From the NCBI RefSeq assembly GCF_003148465.1, contig NZ_QGGI01000003.1:91940-155939 (forward strand): 64,000 nucleotides of DNA, written 5' to 3'. Every line of letters begins with the position of its first letter. Position 1 is the first letter of the stretch. The position numbers were made by a program, and so were the translations under genes. The stretch is from Oceanotoga teriensis. GTDB lineage: Bacteria; Thermotogota; Thermotogae; Petrotogales; Petrotogaceae. Below, piece after piece: positions 10,097 through 21,351 of this stretch. A model generated the notes under the pieces. That model did no database searches and had not been told where the DNA came from. It saw nothing but the letters and a program-made list of their open reading frames with translations.

Positions 10097-11251
10097 TTAT
10101 AATGAAAAAACTTGTTTTCCTTCTATAAATACTTTTTCGGCTTTTGCTTTTAAATCGAATGGATGATTTGACCATAAAACTATATCTGCTTTTTTACCTT
10201 CCTTTAGTGAGCCCACTTCATCATCAATTTTGAGAATTTTTGCAGGATTTATGGTTAACATTTTTAAAACATCATCTTCTTTTGCACCATATCTCATAGC
10301 TAATCCAGCATTTATATTAGCATGTTCAAGATGAATAACTGGATGATCACACATCATGGCACAAAGTACATTATGATCATTAAGAATTCTTACAGAATCA
10401 TAAGTAGCATCTTTTAATTCTAATTTTGTTCTAAAGCCAAATATAGGGCCTAATATCAAAGGAACGTTTTTTTTGCTAATAAATTCTGGTATTTTATAAG
10501 CTTCAGTAGCATGTTCAATTATAAGGTCAAAATCAAATTCTTCTGATAATCTTATAGCTGTTACAATATCATCTTTTCTATGTGCATGAATTCTTGCTGG
10601 AATTTCTTTATTTAATACTTTTTCACCTATTTCAAATTTTATGTCTATATCAAAATCTTTATCTTCTTTTAAAGCTTTATTTTTATTTTTCATATAATTT
10701 TTTACTTTTATAAAATATTCTCTTATCAAAGCAGCATTTCCAAGTCTTGTAGAAGGCATTTTTCCTTTTGAATCATAAACTCTTTTTGGATTTTCTCCTA
10801 AAGCCATTTTTAAACCGGAAGGTTGCTTTATTATCATTTCATCTAATATATTTGATTTGAACTTTAAAATAGCCCCTTGGCCACCTATTAAATTGGCACT
10901 TCCTGGTACTACGTTTACAGTAGTTACTCCCCCAGCTAAGGCTCTTTTTATCGCGGCATCATCCGTTATAAAAGCATCGATAGTTCTAACTTGAGGTGTT
11001 ATAGGATCTGTCATTTCATTTCCATCTTGATGTGCTCCTTCTCCAACTCCTTCTTCAAAAACGCCAATATGAGAATGTGCGTCTATAAAACCTGGAAGTA
11101 AAAACTTATTTTCTGCATCTATTATTTCATCGGCAGAATCTTTTATTTCTTTTGAAATCTTTTTTATTATATCATTTTCAATGAGAAGATCTCCTTTAAA
11201 AGGCTCTTTTTCAATAGTTACAATTGTAGCATTTTTAAATAATATTTTCAT
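10097..11251 (-). CDS. metal-dependent amidohydrolase family protein
   Basis: FIDAHSHIG HxH motif; 384 aa. Confidence 0.55.
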   Translation of the reverse strand: MKILFKNATIVTIEKEPFKGDLLIENDIIKKISKEIKDSADEIIDAENKFLLPGFIDAHSHIGVFEEGVGEGAHQDGNEMTDPITPQVRTIDAFITDDAAIKRALAGGVTTVNVVPGSANLIGGQGAILKFKSNILDEMIIKQPSGLKMALGENPKRVYDSKGKMPSTRLGNAALIREYFIKVKNYMKNKNKALKEDKDFDIDIKFEIGEKVLNKEIPARIHAHRKDDIVTAIRLSEEFDFDLIIEHATEAYKIPEFISKKNVPLILGPIFGFRTKLELKDATYDSVRILNDHNVLCAMMCDHPVIHLEHANINAGLAMRYGAKEDDVLKMLTINPAKILKIDDEVGSLKEGKKADIVLWSNHPFDLKAKAEKVFIEGKQVFSL

Positions 11252-11309
11252 AATAATTCCCCCTTGAATAAAGTTAAAATAAATATAATGAAATTATATC
11301 AAATTAAAG

Positions 11310-12515
11310 TTAGTTTGACAAACTAATATTTTTAAAATTATCATAAGAAGGTAATTGATATATTTTCAATTCAAAAGCTTCAATTACAGAGTATATATAT
11401 TCAAAAAGTTCAGATTGCACACCTTCATATTCTACCCAAGATTTTTCTTTAGAAAAAACATAGATTTCTAAAGGTAACCCATGTTCAGTGTAATCAAGAT
11501 GTCTTACAATATATGTCATTTTAGTGTTGAATTTATTGTTATTTTCAATATAATAAACTAAGTATTTTCTAAATAGTGTCAAATTACTAATATGTTTTAT
11601 TTCCATACTTTTAAGAAAATTATTTAAGAAATCACTCAAATAATTTTTAGACTTCAAATTATCTATCTTATCTTTATCAAATAATTTTATACTCTCAAAA
11701 TCTATATAAATACAACGTTTAATTCTTCTTCCACCGGATTGTTCCATACCTTTCCAATTTTTAAAAGAACTGTTAATCAATGCCCAAGTAGGAATATAAA
11801 CAAGAGTTTTATCCCAATTTTGAACTTTAATAGTATTTAATGTCATTTCAATTACATTACCATCAGCACCATATTCGTTCATAGAGATCCAATCACCTTT
11901 TCTAATCATTTTATTAGCTGTTAATTGAACATGGGCAGATAGTGAAAGAAGTGTATCTTTAAAAATAACAAGTAAGACCGCTGTCAAAGCACCTATACCA
12001 CTTAATAAATAAGTAAAATTTTTATTTATAAGTATTCCAAGAACAAGTATTCCACCTAGAGAAAATAATACTATTTGAATTAATTGAATAAATCCTTTTA
12101 TAGGACGATACTTTTTAGAATCTGATTCATATATATCAGATATAGTTCTCAGTATTCCATTTATTGTAAATATTATACTTAAAACTATATAAGAAATTGC
12201 AAACCTTTTAAAACCTTCATTGAATACCGAAAAAGTAGATGAAAATGAAAGAATAACAATTGCAGGGGCAATATGTCCTAAAGAATGAAATACTTTTTTC
12301 CTAAATAAAATATCATCCCATTTGAACTTGGATTTTTGAATTATTTTTTCTAATATTTTCATAATATATTTATTAGTTATTAAATAAGCAATATATGAAA
12401 ATATTAGCATAATACCAAATACTATAATATTACTTAAAAATCCAGAAAGATTTTCAGATAATTTATAGCTCAATAAAAAATCATTTATCAAAGAAAACAT
12501 CTTATCAACCTCCAA
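11310..12515 (-). CDS. mechanosensitive ion channel (MscS family)
   Basis: N-terminal TM helices plus a MscS beta-domain (GDWISMNEYGADGNVIEMTLNTIKV). Confidence 0.75.
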   Translation of the reverse strand: MEVDKMFSLINDFLLSYKLSENLSGFLSNIIVFGIMLIFSYIAYLITNKYIMKILEKIIQKSKFKWDDILFRKKVFHSLGHIAPAIVILSFSSTFSVFNEGFKRFAISYIVLSIIFTINGILRTISDIYESDSKKYRPIKGFIQLIQIVLFSLGGILVLGILINKNFTYLLSGIGALTAVLLVIFKDTLLSLSAHVQLTANKMIRKGDWISMNEYGADGNVIEMTLNTIKVQNWDKTLVYIPTWALINSSFKNWKGMEQSGGRRIKRCIYIDFESIKLFDKDKIDNLKSKNYLSDFLNNFLKSMEIKHISNLTLFRKYLVYYIENNNKFNTKMTYIVRHLDYTEHGLPLEIYVFSKEKSWVEYEGVQSELFEYIYSVIEAFELKIYQLPSYDNFKNISLSN

Positions 12516-12967
12516 ATTAATTTTATCAAATATATAATATATAAATATTAAAGTTTTTTTAATGTATTTGATTTTAATTTTATATAAACTATTTTCAAAT
12601 AAAAATTTACGATTATAATTATTTTGCTTTATTATGGTAAAATAATATATGCTTTAAGTAAATATGAGAGTTGATTCATCACAAAAAGTAATTAAAATTT
12701 AATTTTTGTTTATTTTTAAAATGTATACATCTTAAAGTCAGAATTTAAGAGTAATATCAAAAAAATGTCATATTTTTTTACAAAATTTGACTTGAATTTA
12801 TTTTTATTTATGATAAAATTAGAAGTCCCTATAAAAGCTATGAGTTAGAATATATATTTGTTCTTTTTTTCTCTTTTTCAAAAAATATATACAATATATA
12901 TTTGTAAAAAAAACATTAATTTAATATAAAGAATAATATTAAAAAATAAAAAATAGGAGGTATTCTT

Positions 12968-14950
12968 ATGGGTGCTATTTTTCAACTGGCCGGAATAATT
13001 GCCGGAGCCTTAGGAATAATTTTTACAGTATTTTTAACTTTTAGAGTTTTGGAAAGAGATCCTGGAAATGAAAAAATGAAAAAAATATCTGAAGCTATAC
13101 AAATAGGTGCAAAAGCCTTTTTAATTTCTGAATATAAAATATTATACATAATTGTTATAGCATTTTCTTTATTTTTAGGTTTTTCAAATTCTTGGGAGAT
13201 GGCTGTAGCATTTATTTTTGGTGCAACATTATCGGTATTATCGGGTTTTTTTGGTATGAATATTGCTACAAAAGCTAATACAAGAACAGCTCAATCTGCA
13301 ACAAAATCTTTATCTAAAGCATTAAAAGTTGCATTTAATGGTGGAGCTGTTATGGGAATGACTGTAGCATCATTGGGACTTTTTGGTTTAGGCGTTGTTT
13401 TCTTTTTAACCAATGGAAATACTGTAGTTATGAGTGGATATGCTATGGGAGCATCTTTTGTTGCACTTTTTGCCAGAGTTGGCGGAGGTATTTTTACAAA
13501 AGCAGCAGATGTTGGTGCAGATTTGGTTGGTAAAACAGAGGCTAATATACCAGAAGATGATCCAAGAAATCCAGCTACAATTGCAGATAATGTTGGCGAT
13601 AATGTTGGAGACGTTGCTGGAATGGGTGCTGATCTATATGAATCTTATGTAGGTTCAATTTATTCAGCTTCTGCTTTGGGAGCTTTAACTTTCTCAGCTA
13701 AAGGTGCTGTTTTTCCATTTTTAATAGCATCTTTTGGAATTATTTCAGCAATAATCGGTATTCTTTTTGTTAATCTTAAAGTTAAAGAAAATGATTCTAT
13801 AGATCCTTCTAAAATGCTTCATGGAGGAACTTATATTGCTAATATAATGGAACTCATAGCTGTATTTATTTTATCCAAAGTTATTTTAGGATCTTATAAA
13901 GCGGCCATTGTAATAACATTAGGTATGGTGGTAGGAATCTTAATAGGTGGTATAACTGAATATTATACAGCTAAAAAACCTGTTATAAAACTTGCAAAAA
14001 CAGCGACATCAGGTTCTGCACCTTTGCTCATAAATGGGATGGCATTAGGTATGGAATCTACAGCTATTCCTGTGATATTAATATCTATTGCTACAATTGT
14101 ATCTTTTAATATATTAGGCCTTTTTGGAATAGCTCTTGCAGCTGTTGGTATGCTTGCTACTCTTGGAATAACTCTTGCAATAGATGCTTATGGACCTATT
14201 GCAGATAATGCTGGTGGTATAGCAGAAATGGCAGGATTGGATCCAGAAGTTAGAAAAAGAACAGATAAGCTTGATTCAGTTGGTAATACAACAGCTGCTA
14301 TAGGAAAAGGTTTTGCAATAGGTTCTGCAACATTAACCGCTTTAGCTTTATTTTCCACATATATCCAAGTGGCTAATGTATCAATAGTAGATTTAAATGA
14401 TTCGAATGTTTTTGTTGGTGCTTTAATAGGGGCAATGCTTCCATTTTTATTTTCATCTCTTGCTATGAAGGCAGTTGGAGACTCTGCTAATATAATGGTT
14501 ATAGAGGTTAGAAGACAATTCAAAGAAATTCCAGGTTTAATGGATGGAAAAGCTGAACCTGATTATGCAAAATGTGTTGAAATTGCAACTAAAGGGGCAT
14601 TAAAAAAGATGACATTGCCTTCATTACTTGCGGTGCTTTCTCCTGTAATAATTTATTTTCTTTTAGGAAAAGTAGCTGTTGCTGGAACATTAGCTGGTAC
14701 AACAGTAGCTGGAGTTATGCTCGCAATATTTATGTCAAATGCAGGTGGTGCTTGGGATAATGCAAAGAAATATATTGAAACTGGAGAATTTGGTGGAAAA
14801 GGCTCGATGTCTCATAAAGCTTCTGTCATAGGAGATACAGTGGGTGATCCATTTAAAGATACAGCCGGACCAGCTATAAATATACTTATAAAATTAATGT
14901 CAATCGTTTCTATAGTAATAATCCCAATTCTTATTAAGTTTTTTGAGTAA
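12968..14950 (+). CDS. hppA: membrane-bound pyrophosphate-energised cation pump (H+/Na+-PPase)
   Basis: GGG(I)FTKAADVGADLVGK and GNTTAAIGKGFAIGS motifs; 660 aa. Confidence 0.9.
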   Translation: MGAIFQLAGIIAGALGIIFTVFLTFRVLERDPGNEKMKKISEAIQIGAKAFLISEYKILYIIVIAFSLFLGFSNSWEMAVAFIFGATLSVLSGFFGMNIATKANTRTAQSATKSLSKALKVAFNGGAVMGMTVASLGLFGLGVVFFLTNGNTVVMSGYAMGASFVALFARVGGGIFTKAADVGADLVGKTEANIPEDDPRNPATIADNVGDNVGDVAGMGADLYESYVGSIYSASALGALTFSAKGAVFPFLIASFGIISAIIGILFVNLKVKENDSIDPSKMLHGGTYIANIMELIAVFILSKVILGSYKAAIVITLGMVVGILIGGITEYYTAKKPVIKLAKTATSGSAPLLINGMALGMESTAIPVILISIATIVSFNILGLFGIALAAVGMLATLGITLAIDAYGPIADNAGGIAEMAGLDPEVRKRTDKLDSVGNTTAAIGKGFAIGSATLTALALFSTYIQVANVSIVDLNDSNVFVGALIGAMLPFLFSSLAMKAVGDSANIMVIEVRRQFKEIPGLMDGKAEPDYAKCVEIATKGALKKMTLPSLLAVLSPVIIYFLLGKVAVAGTLAGTTVAGVMLAIFMSNAGGAWDNAKKYIETGEFGGKGSMSHKASVIGDTVGDPFKDTAGPAINILIKLMSIVSIVIIPILIKFFE

Positions 14951-14957
14951 AGCCATT

Positions 14958-14998
14958 TAAATGAGAAGTAAATAATTATATTTACTTCTCATTCTATT
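14958..14998 (+). terminator. terminator after hppA
   Basis: AAAUGAGAAGUAAAU...AUUUACUUCUCAUU hairpin. Confidence 0.5.
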
Positions 14999-15092
14999 TA
15001 ATGCTATATATTTTATTTTTGCTAATATTGATTTTTCGTGATAAAATGATAATATGAGATGCTTTTTAAAAAAGTTATAGGAGGGATTTAAT

Positions 15093-16109
15093 ATGAAAAG
15101 AGTAGCTGTCCTAAATGTTGGAGGCGATTGTCCCGGTCTTAATGCGGTAATAAGAGCGTTAATAGTAAAAGGTGCACATGAAAATATAGAAGTTATTGGA
15201 GTTTATGATGGTTTTAATGGTCTTGTTAATGATAAAATGTTTATTATGACCAAAGAACATGTTTCAGGTAGACTTCCAGAAGGTGGTATAATTTTAGGTT
15301 CTTCTAAGTTTGATCCTACAAATAATCCAGAAGATTTAAAAAAACTAAAAGAAAATGTAGAAAGATATCAAATAACATCTCTCATATTATTAACAGGTCA
15401 TACAGGATCAAGAATATCTTTAAAATTGAAAGATGAAGGTATACCTTGTTTAATAATTCCAGCAACTATAGATAATGACCTTGTTTGGAGTGATTTAAGT
15501 ATAGGTTTTTTAACGGCACTTCAAACTGTTACAGATTCTTTGGATTCACTTCACTCTACTGCAAGTGCTGGTCATAGAGTAATTGTTGTTGAAGTTGGTG
15601 GAGATGAATCTGGTTGGTTGGCAACTATAGGTGGAATGGCTGGAGGTGCTGACTATATAGTTACTCCAGAAATAACTCCAGAACCTGAGGATATTCTTTT
15701 AAATATTAAAAGAAGATATGAAGTCGGTAAAAAATTTTCTATAATAGTTGTTGAAGAAAGAAGTAAACTTACAGACGAAATTTTAAAAGTTGCAAGTAAT
15801 ATATCACCAAATATAATATCAAAAGCTGAAATAGTTGCTGAATATATAAAAGAAAAGATGGGTGATCAAATAGATGTAAGAACTGTAAATCTTGGTTATT
15901 TACAGAGAGGTGGATCTCCTGTATCATTTGATAGATTCTTAGCTTTTAAATTCGGATTTTCAGCTATAGAATGTATAAAAAAAGGAAAGTCTAACATAGC
16001 TTTAGGCTTAAAGGGATTTGAAATTTTAGAAGAACCTTTAAGTGAAAAAGTAACTCATAATAAAGCTGTTAAAGAAAATATATATGAAATGGCAAAACTA
16101 TTCTTTTAA
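15093..16109 (+). CDS. phosphofructokinase (PFK-A family) with a non-canonical phosphoryl-donor motif
   Basis: GGDCPGLNA, PATIDND and LQRGG conserved; TGHTGS in the position of the ATP-PFK GGDGS motif. Confidence 0.75.
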   Translation: MKRVAVLNVGGDCPGLNAVIRALIVKGAHENIEVIGVYDGFNGLVNDKMFIMTKEHVSGRLPEGGIILGSSKFDPTNNPEDLKKLKENVERYQITSLILLTGHTGSRISLKLKDEGIPCLIIPATIDNDLVWSDLSIGFLTALQTVTDSLDSLHSTASAGHRVIVVEVGGDESGWLATIGGMAGGADYIVTPEITPEPEDILLNIKRRYEVGKKFSIIVVEERSKLTDEILKVASNISPNIISKAEIVAEYIKEKMGDQIDVRTVNLGYLQRGGSPVSFDRFLAFKFGFSAIECIKKGKSNIALGLKGFEILEEPLSEKVTHNKAVKENIYEMAKLFF

Positions 16110-16142
16110 ATAAAAATGAGACTGTAAATAAAAATTACAGTC

Positions 16143-17123
16143 TCATTTTTTTATCATGAAAAATCTCCAAAAATTTCTTATATATATTATGGTTGGAATT
16201 GCTATAAAAATACCGGCAAGTTGAAACAGTTGTCCGAATAACAATATTGCAACTAATATTATATACCAATGTATTTTTAAAGAACTACTTTGAATTTTAG
16301 GCGCTATAAACCATATTTCAGCTTGGTTTACAACTACAAGAATAGCTATTACAATGATAATTCCTTTCACACCATGTGTTGCAAAACCCAACATTAACAT
16401 AGGAATTGCAGCTATGACAACACCAAGATAAGGTATAAAATTTGTAATCCAAGCTAAAACTCCAATAAAAAAAGCTCCAGGAATTTTAAATATATAAGCT
16501 CCTAAACCAACTAATAATCCAATAATTAAAGCATCTAAAGCTTGTCCTTTTATGAAAGTCTCAAAATCAGTTATAGTTTTTTTCATAAAATTTATACCAT
16601 TTAAAGTATCTACTGGATATAATTTCCAAAGATTATTATTTACTCTTCTTTTCAAAGTTCCCATAATAACGGTAGTGATTATTATTATTACAGATCCAGC
16701 TACTAATGAAGGTATAGAAGTTACTATATTATTTAATATATTCAAACTGAAAGATGTTATTGTAGATTTAAATTCATTTAAAAATTGAAAAAACTCATCT
16801 GGAATTTCTAATGTAGTTTCTTGTGAAGAAAAATCTACGCCAGAAAGATTTTCAAATATTATTTTTCCTTGATTTATTATCACTGGAAAAAAATTAGATA
16901 TAGCATATACTACGGCAGATATTACCAATGTATAGGATATTATTTTAGCTAAAACAGGGTTTATTTTTTTAGATAAAATTTTTTCTGGTTCTTCAATTAT
17001 GGTTGCAAAATATACTCCAAGTATCATTGCAAGCATTATCGTAGGTGCTAATTTGAATAAAATTAAAATTATACCAAAATAGATCAAACTTAATTTTCCA
17101 GCTCCAGATATCATAAATTTCAC
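16143..17123 (-). CDS. AI-2E family transporter (UPF0118 permease)
   Basis: 8-TM pattern typical of PF01594. Confidence 0.65.
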   Translation of the reverse strand: MKFMISGAGKLSLIYFGIILILFKLAPTIMLAMILGVYFATIIEEPEKILSKKINPVLAKIISYTLVISAVVYAISNFFPVIINQGKIIFENLSGVDFSSQETTLEIPDEFFQFLNEFKSTITSFSLNILNNIVTSIPSLVAGSVIIIITTVIMGTLKRRVNNNLWKLYPVDTLNGINFMKKTITDFETFIKGQALDALIIGLLVGLGAYIFKIPGAFFIGVLAWITNFIPYLGVVIAAIPMLMLGFATHGVKGIIIVIAILVVVNQAEIWFIAPKIQSSSLKIHWYIILVAILLFGQLFQLAGIFIAIPTIIYIRNFWRFFMIKK

Positions 17124-17127
17124 CCAC

Positions 17128-17676
17128 TCATAGTTTTTTTCTTTTTTTCATATATAAATCTCTTATAAGACTTAACTCAGCTTTATAAACAGGATCTTTA
17201 AAGTTAGCATAAGAAAATTCTAAATCTTTCCATTCTCCGTAATTGTACATTAAAGTTATTTCAGCATAAATACCTTTTCCAATATATAATCTATTTCCCC
17301 AATGTTTTGTACTTGCAAGTACAAACTGAGTGTGATGAACATAACCAATATCAATATTTACCTTTCTTCTGCCATCTATTGAATGTTTTGATTCAATTTT
17401 ATTAGATAATATTTTTGCATCTGCAAGAAATGAAGGTGAACCAAGATTTTTAAAACTTATCATTCTTCCTTCTATTTTTATATTTTCACCCATTTCCTTA
17501 TTATAGTATGTTGTGAATCTTTGAAAATCTATAGGTTTAGATATATAATCTATTTCGCCAAAAATGTCTTCAAGTTCTTTAATTATTCCATATTCGTATA
17601 ACCAAAAATCTGAATTTCCTGCAGTGAAAACATGCACTGTATAATTTACAAGATCAGCTTTTTTAATTTTTCCCAT
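17128..17676 (-). CDS. hypothetical protein
   Basis: ORF only; overlaps the start of the downstream gene. Confidence 0.4.
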   Translation of the reverse strand: MGKIKKADLVNYTVHVFTAGNSDFWLYEYGIIKELEDIFGEIDYISKPIDFQRFTTYYNKEMGENIKIEGRMISFKNLGSPSFLADAKILSNKIESKHSIDGRRKVNIDIGYVHHTQFVLASTKHWGNRLYIGKGIYAEITLMYNYGEWKDLEFSYANFKDPVYKAELSLIRDLYMKKRKKL

Positions 17677-18280
17677 CTGTTAACACCACCTCAAAATCAT
17701 CTAATTTAATATTGTATTCATCAAAAGGAGATTTTATTTTTACAGTTCCAGTGTTATTTAATATTTTTATTTTTTTATTTTTTTCAAGAATAATATTTTT
17801 ATATTCATTAGGTTTAAGTTCTATGTCTTCTACTACTATTGTATTTGAAGATAAATTTTGTATGTTTATACTTATATTATTTTTAGATATTATATTTTGA
17901 TAAAACATCATTTCACCATATATTTTGTATATATATATGCAAGTTATTAAAGAAAAAGTAATGAGAATTAGAATAAAAAAATTCTTTTTATTTTTAGAAA
18001 GAAATTTAATATCTTTTTTTTCTTTTTTTAGTTTTTCAGATTCTTCTGGAAAAAAAAGGATATTTTCATCCAGTATTATATTTAATCTACTGCATATATC
18101 ATCTATTTGAACCTTGCTATATCCATCTAATTTATTATTTATAAAATCTTGAAGCATATAAGCAGGCATTTTTAATTCTTTTGATAAACTTTCAAAAGAA
18201 AAATCTGAATTATCTATTAATTTTTTTAAGTCTTTATTGAATGTTCCTTTCATTATATCACCACCAATTAATTTTATCAT
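17663..18280 (-). CDS. HTH-domain membrane protein (RodZ-like architecture)
   Basis: N-terminal XRE-type HTH, one TM helix, C-terminal beta domain. Confidence 0.45.
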   Translation of the reverse strand: MIKLIGGDIMKGTFNKDLKKLIDNSDFSFESLSKELKMPAYMLQDFINNKLDGYSKVQIDDICSRLNIILDENILFFPEESEKLKKEKKDIKFLSKNKKNFFILILITFSLITCIYIYKIYGEMMFYQNIISKNNISINIQNLSSNTIVVEDIELKPNEYKNIILEKNKKIKILNNTGTVKIKSPFDEYNIKLDDFEVVLTDGKN

Positions 18281-18351
18281 ATTTAATAATATTTTCCATT
18301 ATTAATTGGTAAAACAAAAATTAAAAAAACATATTTAAATAAAATTAAAAT

Positions 18352-18383
18352 GCATGGTTTCTTTTTAAATGAGAAACCATGCA
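18352..18383 (-). terminator. terminator after secDF
   Basis: GAUGCAUGGUUUCUC...GAAACCAUGCAU followed by a U-run on the minus strand. Confidence 0.6.
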
Positions 18384-18413
18384 TCTTTGTTGATTAAATT
18401 TTAATTTTTAAAT

Positions 18414-20705
18414 TTATAACTTTTTACTTTTTTTAAGCATATTTATAACTATTGGACTTGCTATGTATAGAGAAGAGTATGTACCTATGACTATACCTAT
18501 TGTTAAACCAAAAGCAAAAGGGGCCATTGCTCTTCCACCAAGCATGAGCATCAAAAATACAACTATAAATGTTGTTATTGAAGTATGTAAAGATCTTATT
18601 ATAACATCATTTATACTCTTATTAACTATTACTTCTACAGGTCTACCTCTTAGATTTTTAAAGTTTTCTCTTATTCTGTCGTATACAACTATTGTATCAT
18701 TCAATGAATAACCAGCCAAAGTTAAAAATGCAGCTATTGCTGATACATTTATCTCTACACCAAATAAAGAATAAAAACCTAAAACTATGATAACATCATG
18801 AGCTAGGGCTAATAAAGCACCAATACCAAATGCAAATTTAAATCTTAAAGTTATATATGCGAGTAACATTACAAGAGAAATTATTATAGCATACCAAGCA
18901 AATGATTTAATTTCTTTTGATGCAAATCCTGAAACATCGTTGAATTGAAGAATTTCAATTTCTTGATTCAATTCTTTTGATAAAGAGTCTATAAAAGCAT
19001 CTTTTTGAACTGTATCTTCAAATGAATCTTTTATAGTAACAGAGAAGAAAAACTTATCTTCTTGTCCTTTTATTGGATCTAGTTTTACTATTTTTGCAGT
19101 TGCATAATCAGGGTCTATGTTTATCATATCATTTCTTATATCTTCTATAGATATTGAATCATCCATAGAGACTGTTATTTCTGTACCACCTGCAAAATCT
19201 ATACCATATTCAAAATTTTTAGTGAATGACAATATTAAAGCTACTGCAATTAAAACTGTAGAAAATAAGATAAATCCTTTTCTTTTTCCTACAAAATCCC
19301 AACCTTCTCTTTCACCTTTTTTTGTGAATTTTTCAGGTTTTATAAAATGTGAAGTTCCTTCGAGTATAGTTCTTGAAACAACAAGATTTGTAAACATAGA
19401 ACCAAGAACACCAATTATGAGAGTTATTGCAAAACCTCTAACTGCTCCTGTTGAAAAATAATATAAAATTATTCCAGCAATTACAGTTGTTAAGTTGGCA
19501 TCAAATAAAGTTGAAAAGGCTTTTTGAAATCCAAATTTAACAGAAGTTAAAGGAGGTCTCCCCATTCTGAGTTCTTCTTTAATTCTTTCATATATTATTA
19601 CATTTCCATCTACAGTTGTACCAAAAGTCAGAATTATACCGGCAATACCTGGTAGAGTTAAAATTGCATTTGTCCAACTCAATATACCTGTAAGAAGAAT
19701 TGTGTTATAAATCAATGCAATATCAGCTATTACTCCCATCCAACCATAGAATATGATCATATAAATCATAACGATTGCCAATCCAATTATTCCGGCTTTT
19801 ATAATTGTATCAACTATATCTCTTCCTAAAGTAGGTCCCAAAGTTCTTTCTTGGAATTTTACAAGATCTACAGGAAGGTTTCCAGATTTTATAAGAGCTG
19901 CAATATTTTTAGCTTCTTGTATTTCTTGAATTCCTTCTATTTCAGCTCCTCCTTGAGTTATTTTGGTGTTGACTACAGGAGCTATTATAACTTTATCATC
20001 AAGAATTATTGCGAGTTGTTTATTTATTAAGTTACCAGTGGCAAGTTCAAATTTTGTTGAACCTGCAGAACTAAAGTTCAAATGAACAACGGCACCAGAA
20101 CCTCTTGTATTAAGACCTGGTTTTGCATCTATTACATCTGAACCAGTTATTTCGAATGGTTCTCTTCCAAATTCAAAAACATTTTTTACTTTATACCATG
20201 TTGTATCATTTCTTTTTGATTGAATCCATGAGTACAATTCGATTGTTGAACCATTTATTTCAATTTCTCTGTTTCTCCTTAATTCAGGTTTTACATCAGT
20301 AGTTGAAGTTTCTAAAACTTCAGCAAAGTACAATTTTCCTTTACTTCCCAATAATTTTTCTGCTTCTTGAGTATCTCTTATACCAGGAATTTCTACTCTG
20401 ACTCTTAAGTTTCCACCACTATCAATCCTTGCAACTGTTGCTTCTGTATAACCTGCTGCATCAAGTCTGTTTCTCAATACTAGAATTACATTATCAATAA
20501 CATCTTGTGCTTTTACATCACCCTTTAGGTCAAGATTGTATTCAAAAAGACTTCCGCCCTGAATATCAAGTCCAAGCTTTAAGTTTGAAAATAGTTTTCC
20601 AAATCCTGAATATTCAGCTGCGTTTTTACCTGGTATAAGCATACCAAGCAATGCAACAACTATGACCGCTATTGTAAAAATTAAACGGACTTTGTTTGAT
20701 CTCAC
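18414..20705 (-). CDS. secDF: protein translocase subunit SecDF (fused)
   Basis: 763 aa; 12 TM helices with a large periplasmic loop. Confidence 0.9.
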   Translation of the reverse strand: MRSNKVRLIFTIAVIVVALLGMLIPGKNAAEYSGFGKLFSNLKLGLDIQGGSLFEYNLDLKGDVKAQDVIDNVILVLRNRLDAAGYTEATVARIDSGGNLRVRVEIPGIRDTQEAEKLLGSKGKLYFAEVLETSTTDVKPELRRNREIEINGSTIELYSWIQSKRNDTTWYKVKNVFEFGREPFEITGSDVIDAKPGLNTRGSGAVVHLNFSSAGSTKFELATGNLINKQLAIILDDKVIIAPVVNTKITQGGAEIEGIQEIQEAKNIAALIKSGNLPVDLVKFQERTLGPTLGRDIVDTIIKAGIIGLAIVMIYMIIFYGWMGVIADIALIYNTILLTGILSWTNAILTLPGIAGIILTFGTTVDGNVIIYERIKEELRMGRPPLTSVKFGFQKAFSTLFDANLTTVIAGIILYYFSTGAVRGFAITLIIGVLGSMFTNLVVSRTILEGTSHFIKPEKFTKKGEREGWDFVGKRKGFILFSTVLIAVALILSFTKNFEYGIDFAGGTEITVSMDDSISIEDIRNDMINIDPDYATAKIVKLDPIKGQEDKFFFSVTIKDSFEDTVQKDAFIDSLSKELNQEIEILQFNDVSGFASKEIKSFAWYAIIISLVMLLAYITLRFKFAFGIGALLALAHDVIIVLGFYSLFGVEINVSAIAAFLTLAGYSLNDTIVVYDRIRENFKNLRGRPVEVIVNKSINDVIIRSLHTSITTFIVVFLMLMLGGRAMAPFAFGLTIGIVIGTYSSLYIASPIVINMLKKSKKL

Positions 20706-20732
20706 CGAAGGTACCCCCTTATAATAAAAAAA

Positions 20733-21215
20733 TTATTTTTTATCTTCGTCTTTCTTTTCTTCTTCTTTTGGTGCAGATTTTTCAGGAGAAGAATCTTTGG
20801 ATAAAACGGCAGAAATTGCATTTTTTGTTATATCGATATCTGTTCTGTCGCCTGTGGTTATTCTTATTCTATCATTTTGAATAGAAAGTATTTTTCCTAT
20901 TATTCCAGAGGAAGTTAAAATTTTGTCTCCTTTTTTTAACTCAGAAATCATTTTTTTATGTTTCTTTTCTTGTCTTCTTTGAGGTAATATCAATAAAACA
21001 TACATTAAAACAAAGAAAATTAAAATAATCCATAGACTACCAAATGGTGAACCCGAAGGAACAGCAGCACCAGTTGTTGCGGCACCTCCTGTTGCAGGAG
21101 CAGCACCTGTACTACCAGCCGGTCCAAAGTTTATAAAATTAAGAACTCTTTCTAACAATTGTTCCACCTCCAAAAGCTTTAAAATATTAAAATATCTCAT
21201 TTTATTATAACACAT
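20733..21215 (-). CDS. yajC: preprotein translocase subunit YajC (N-terminal extension, start uncertain)
   Basis: TM helix followed by LPQRRQ...GDKILTSSGIIGKI YajC core. Confidence 0.7.
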   Translation of the reverse strand: MCYNKMRYFNILKLLEVEQLLERVLNFINFGPAGSTGAAPATGGAATTGAAVPSGSPFGSLWIILIFFVLMYVLLILPQRRQEKKHKKMISELKKGDKILTSSGIIGKILSIQNDRIRITTGDRTDIDITKNAISAVLSKDSSPEKSAPKEEEKKDEDKK

Positions 21216-21351
21216 AATATATTATAATTGCCAGAAAATAATTAGTTTTTTTATATATTTTTAAAGTTTTTTAAGGTCTATAAGGTATTATGTTCTGAAT
21301 GTTTTATATAAAATATGATAGAATATAATAAAAAAATGGGAGGTAGAAATA

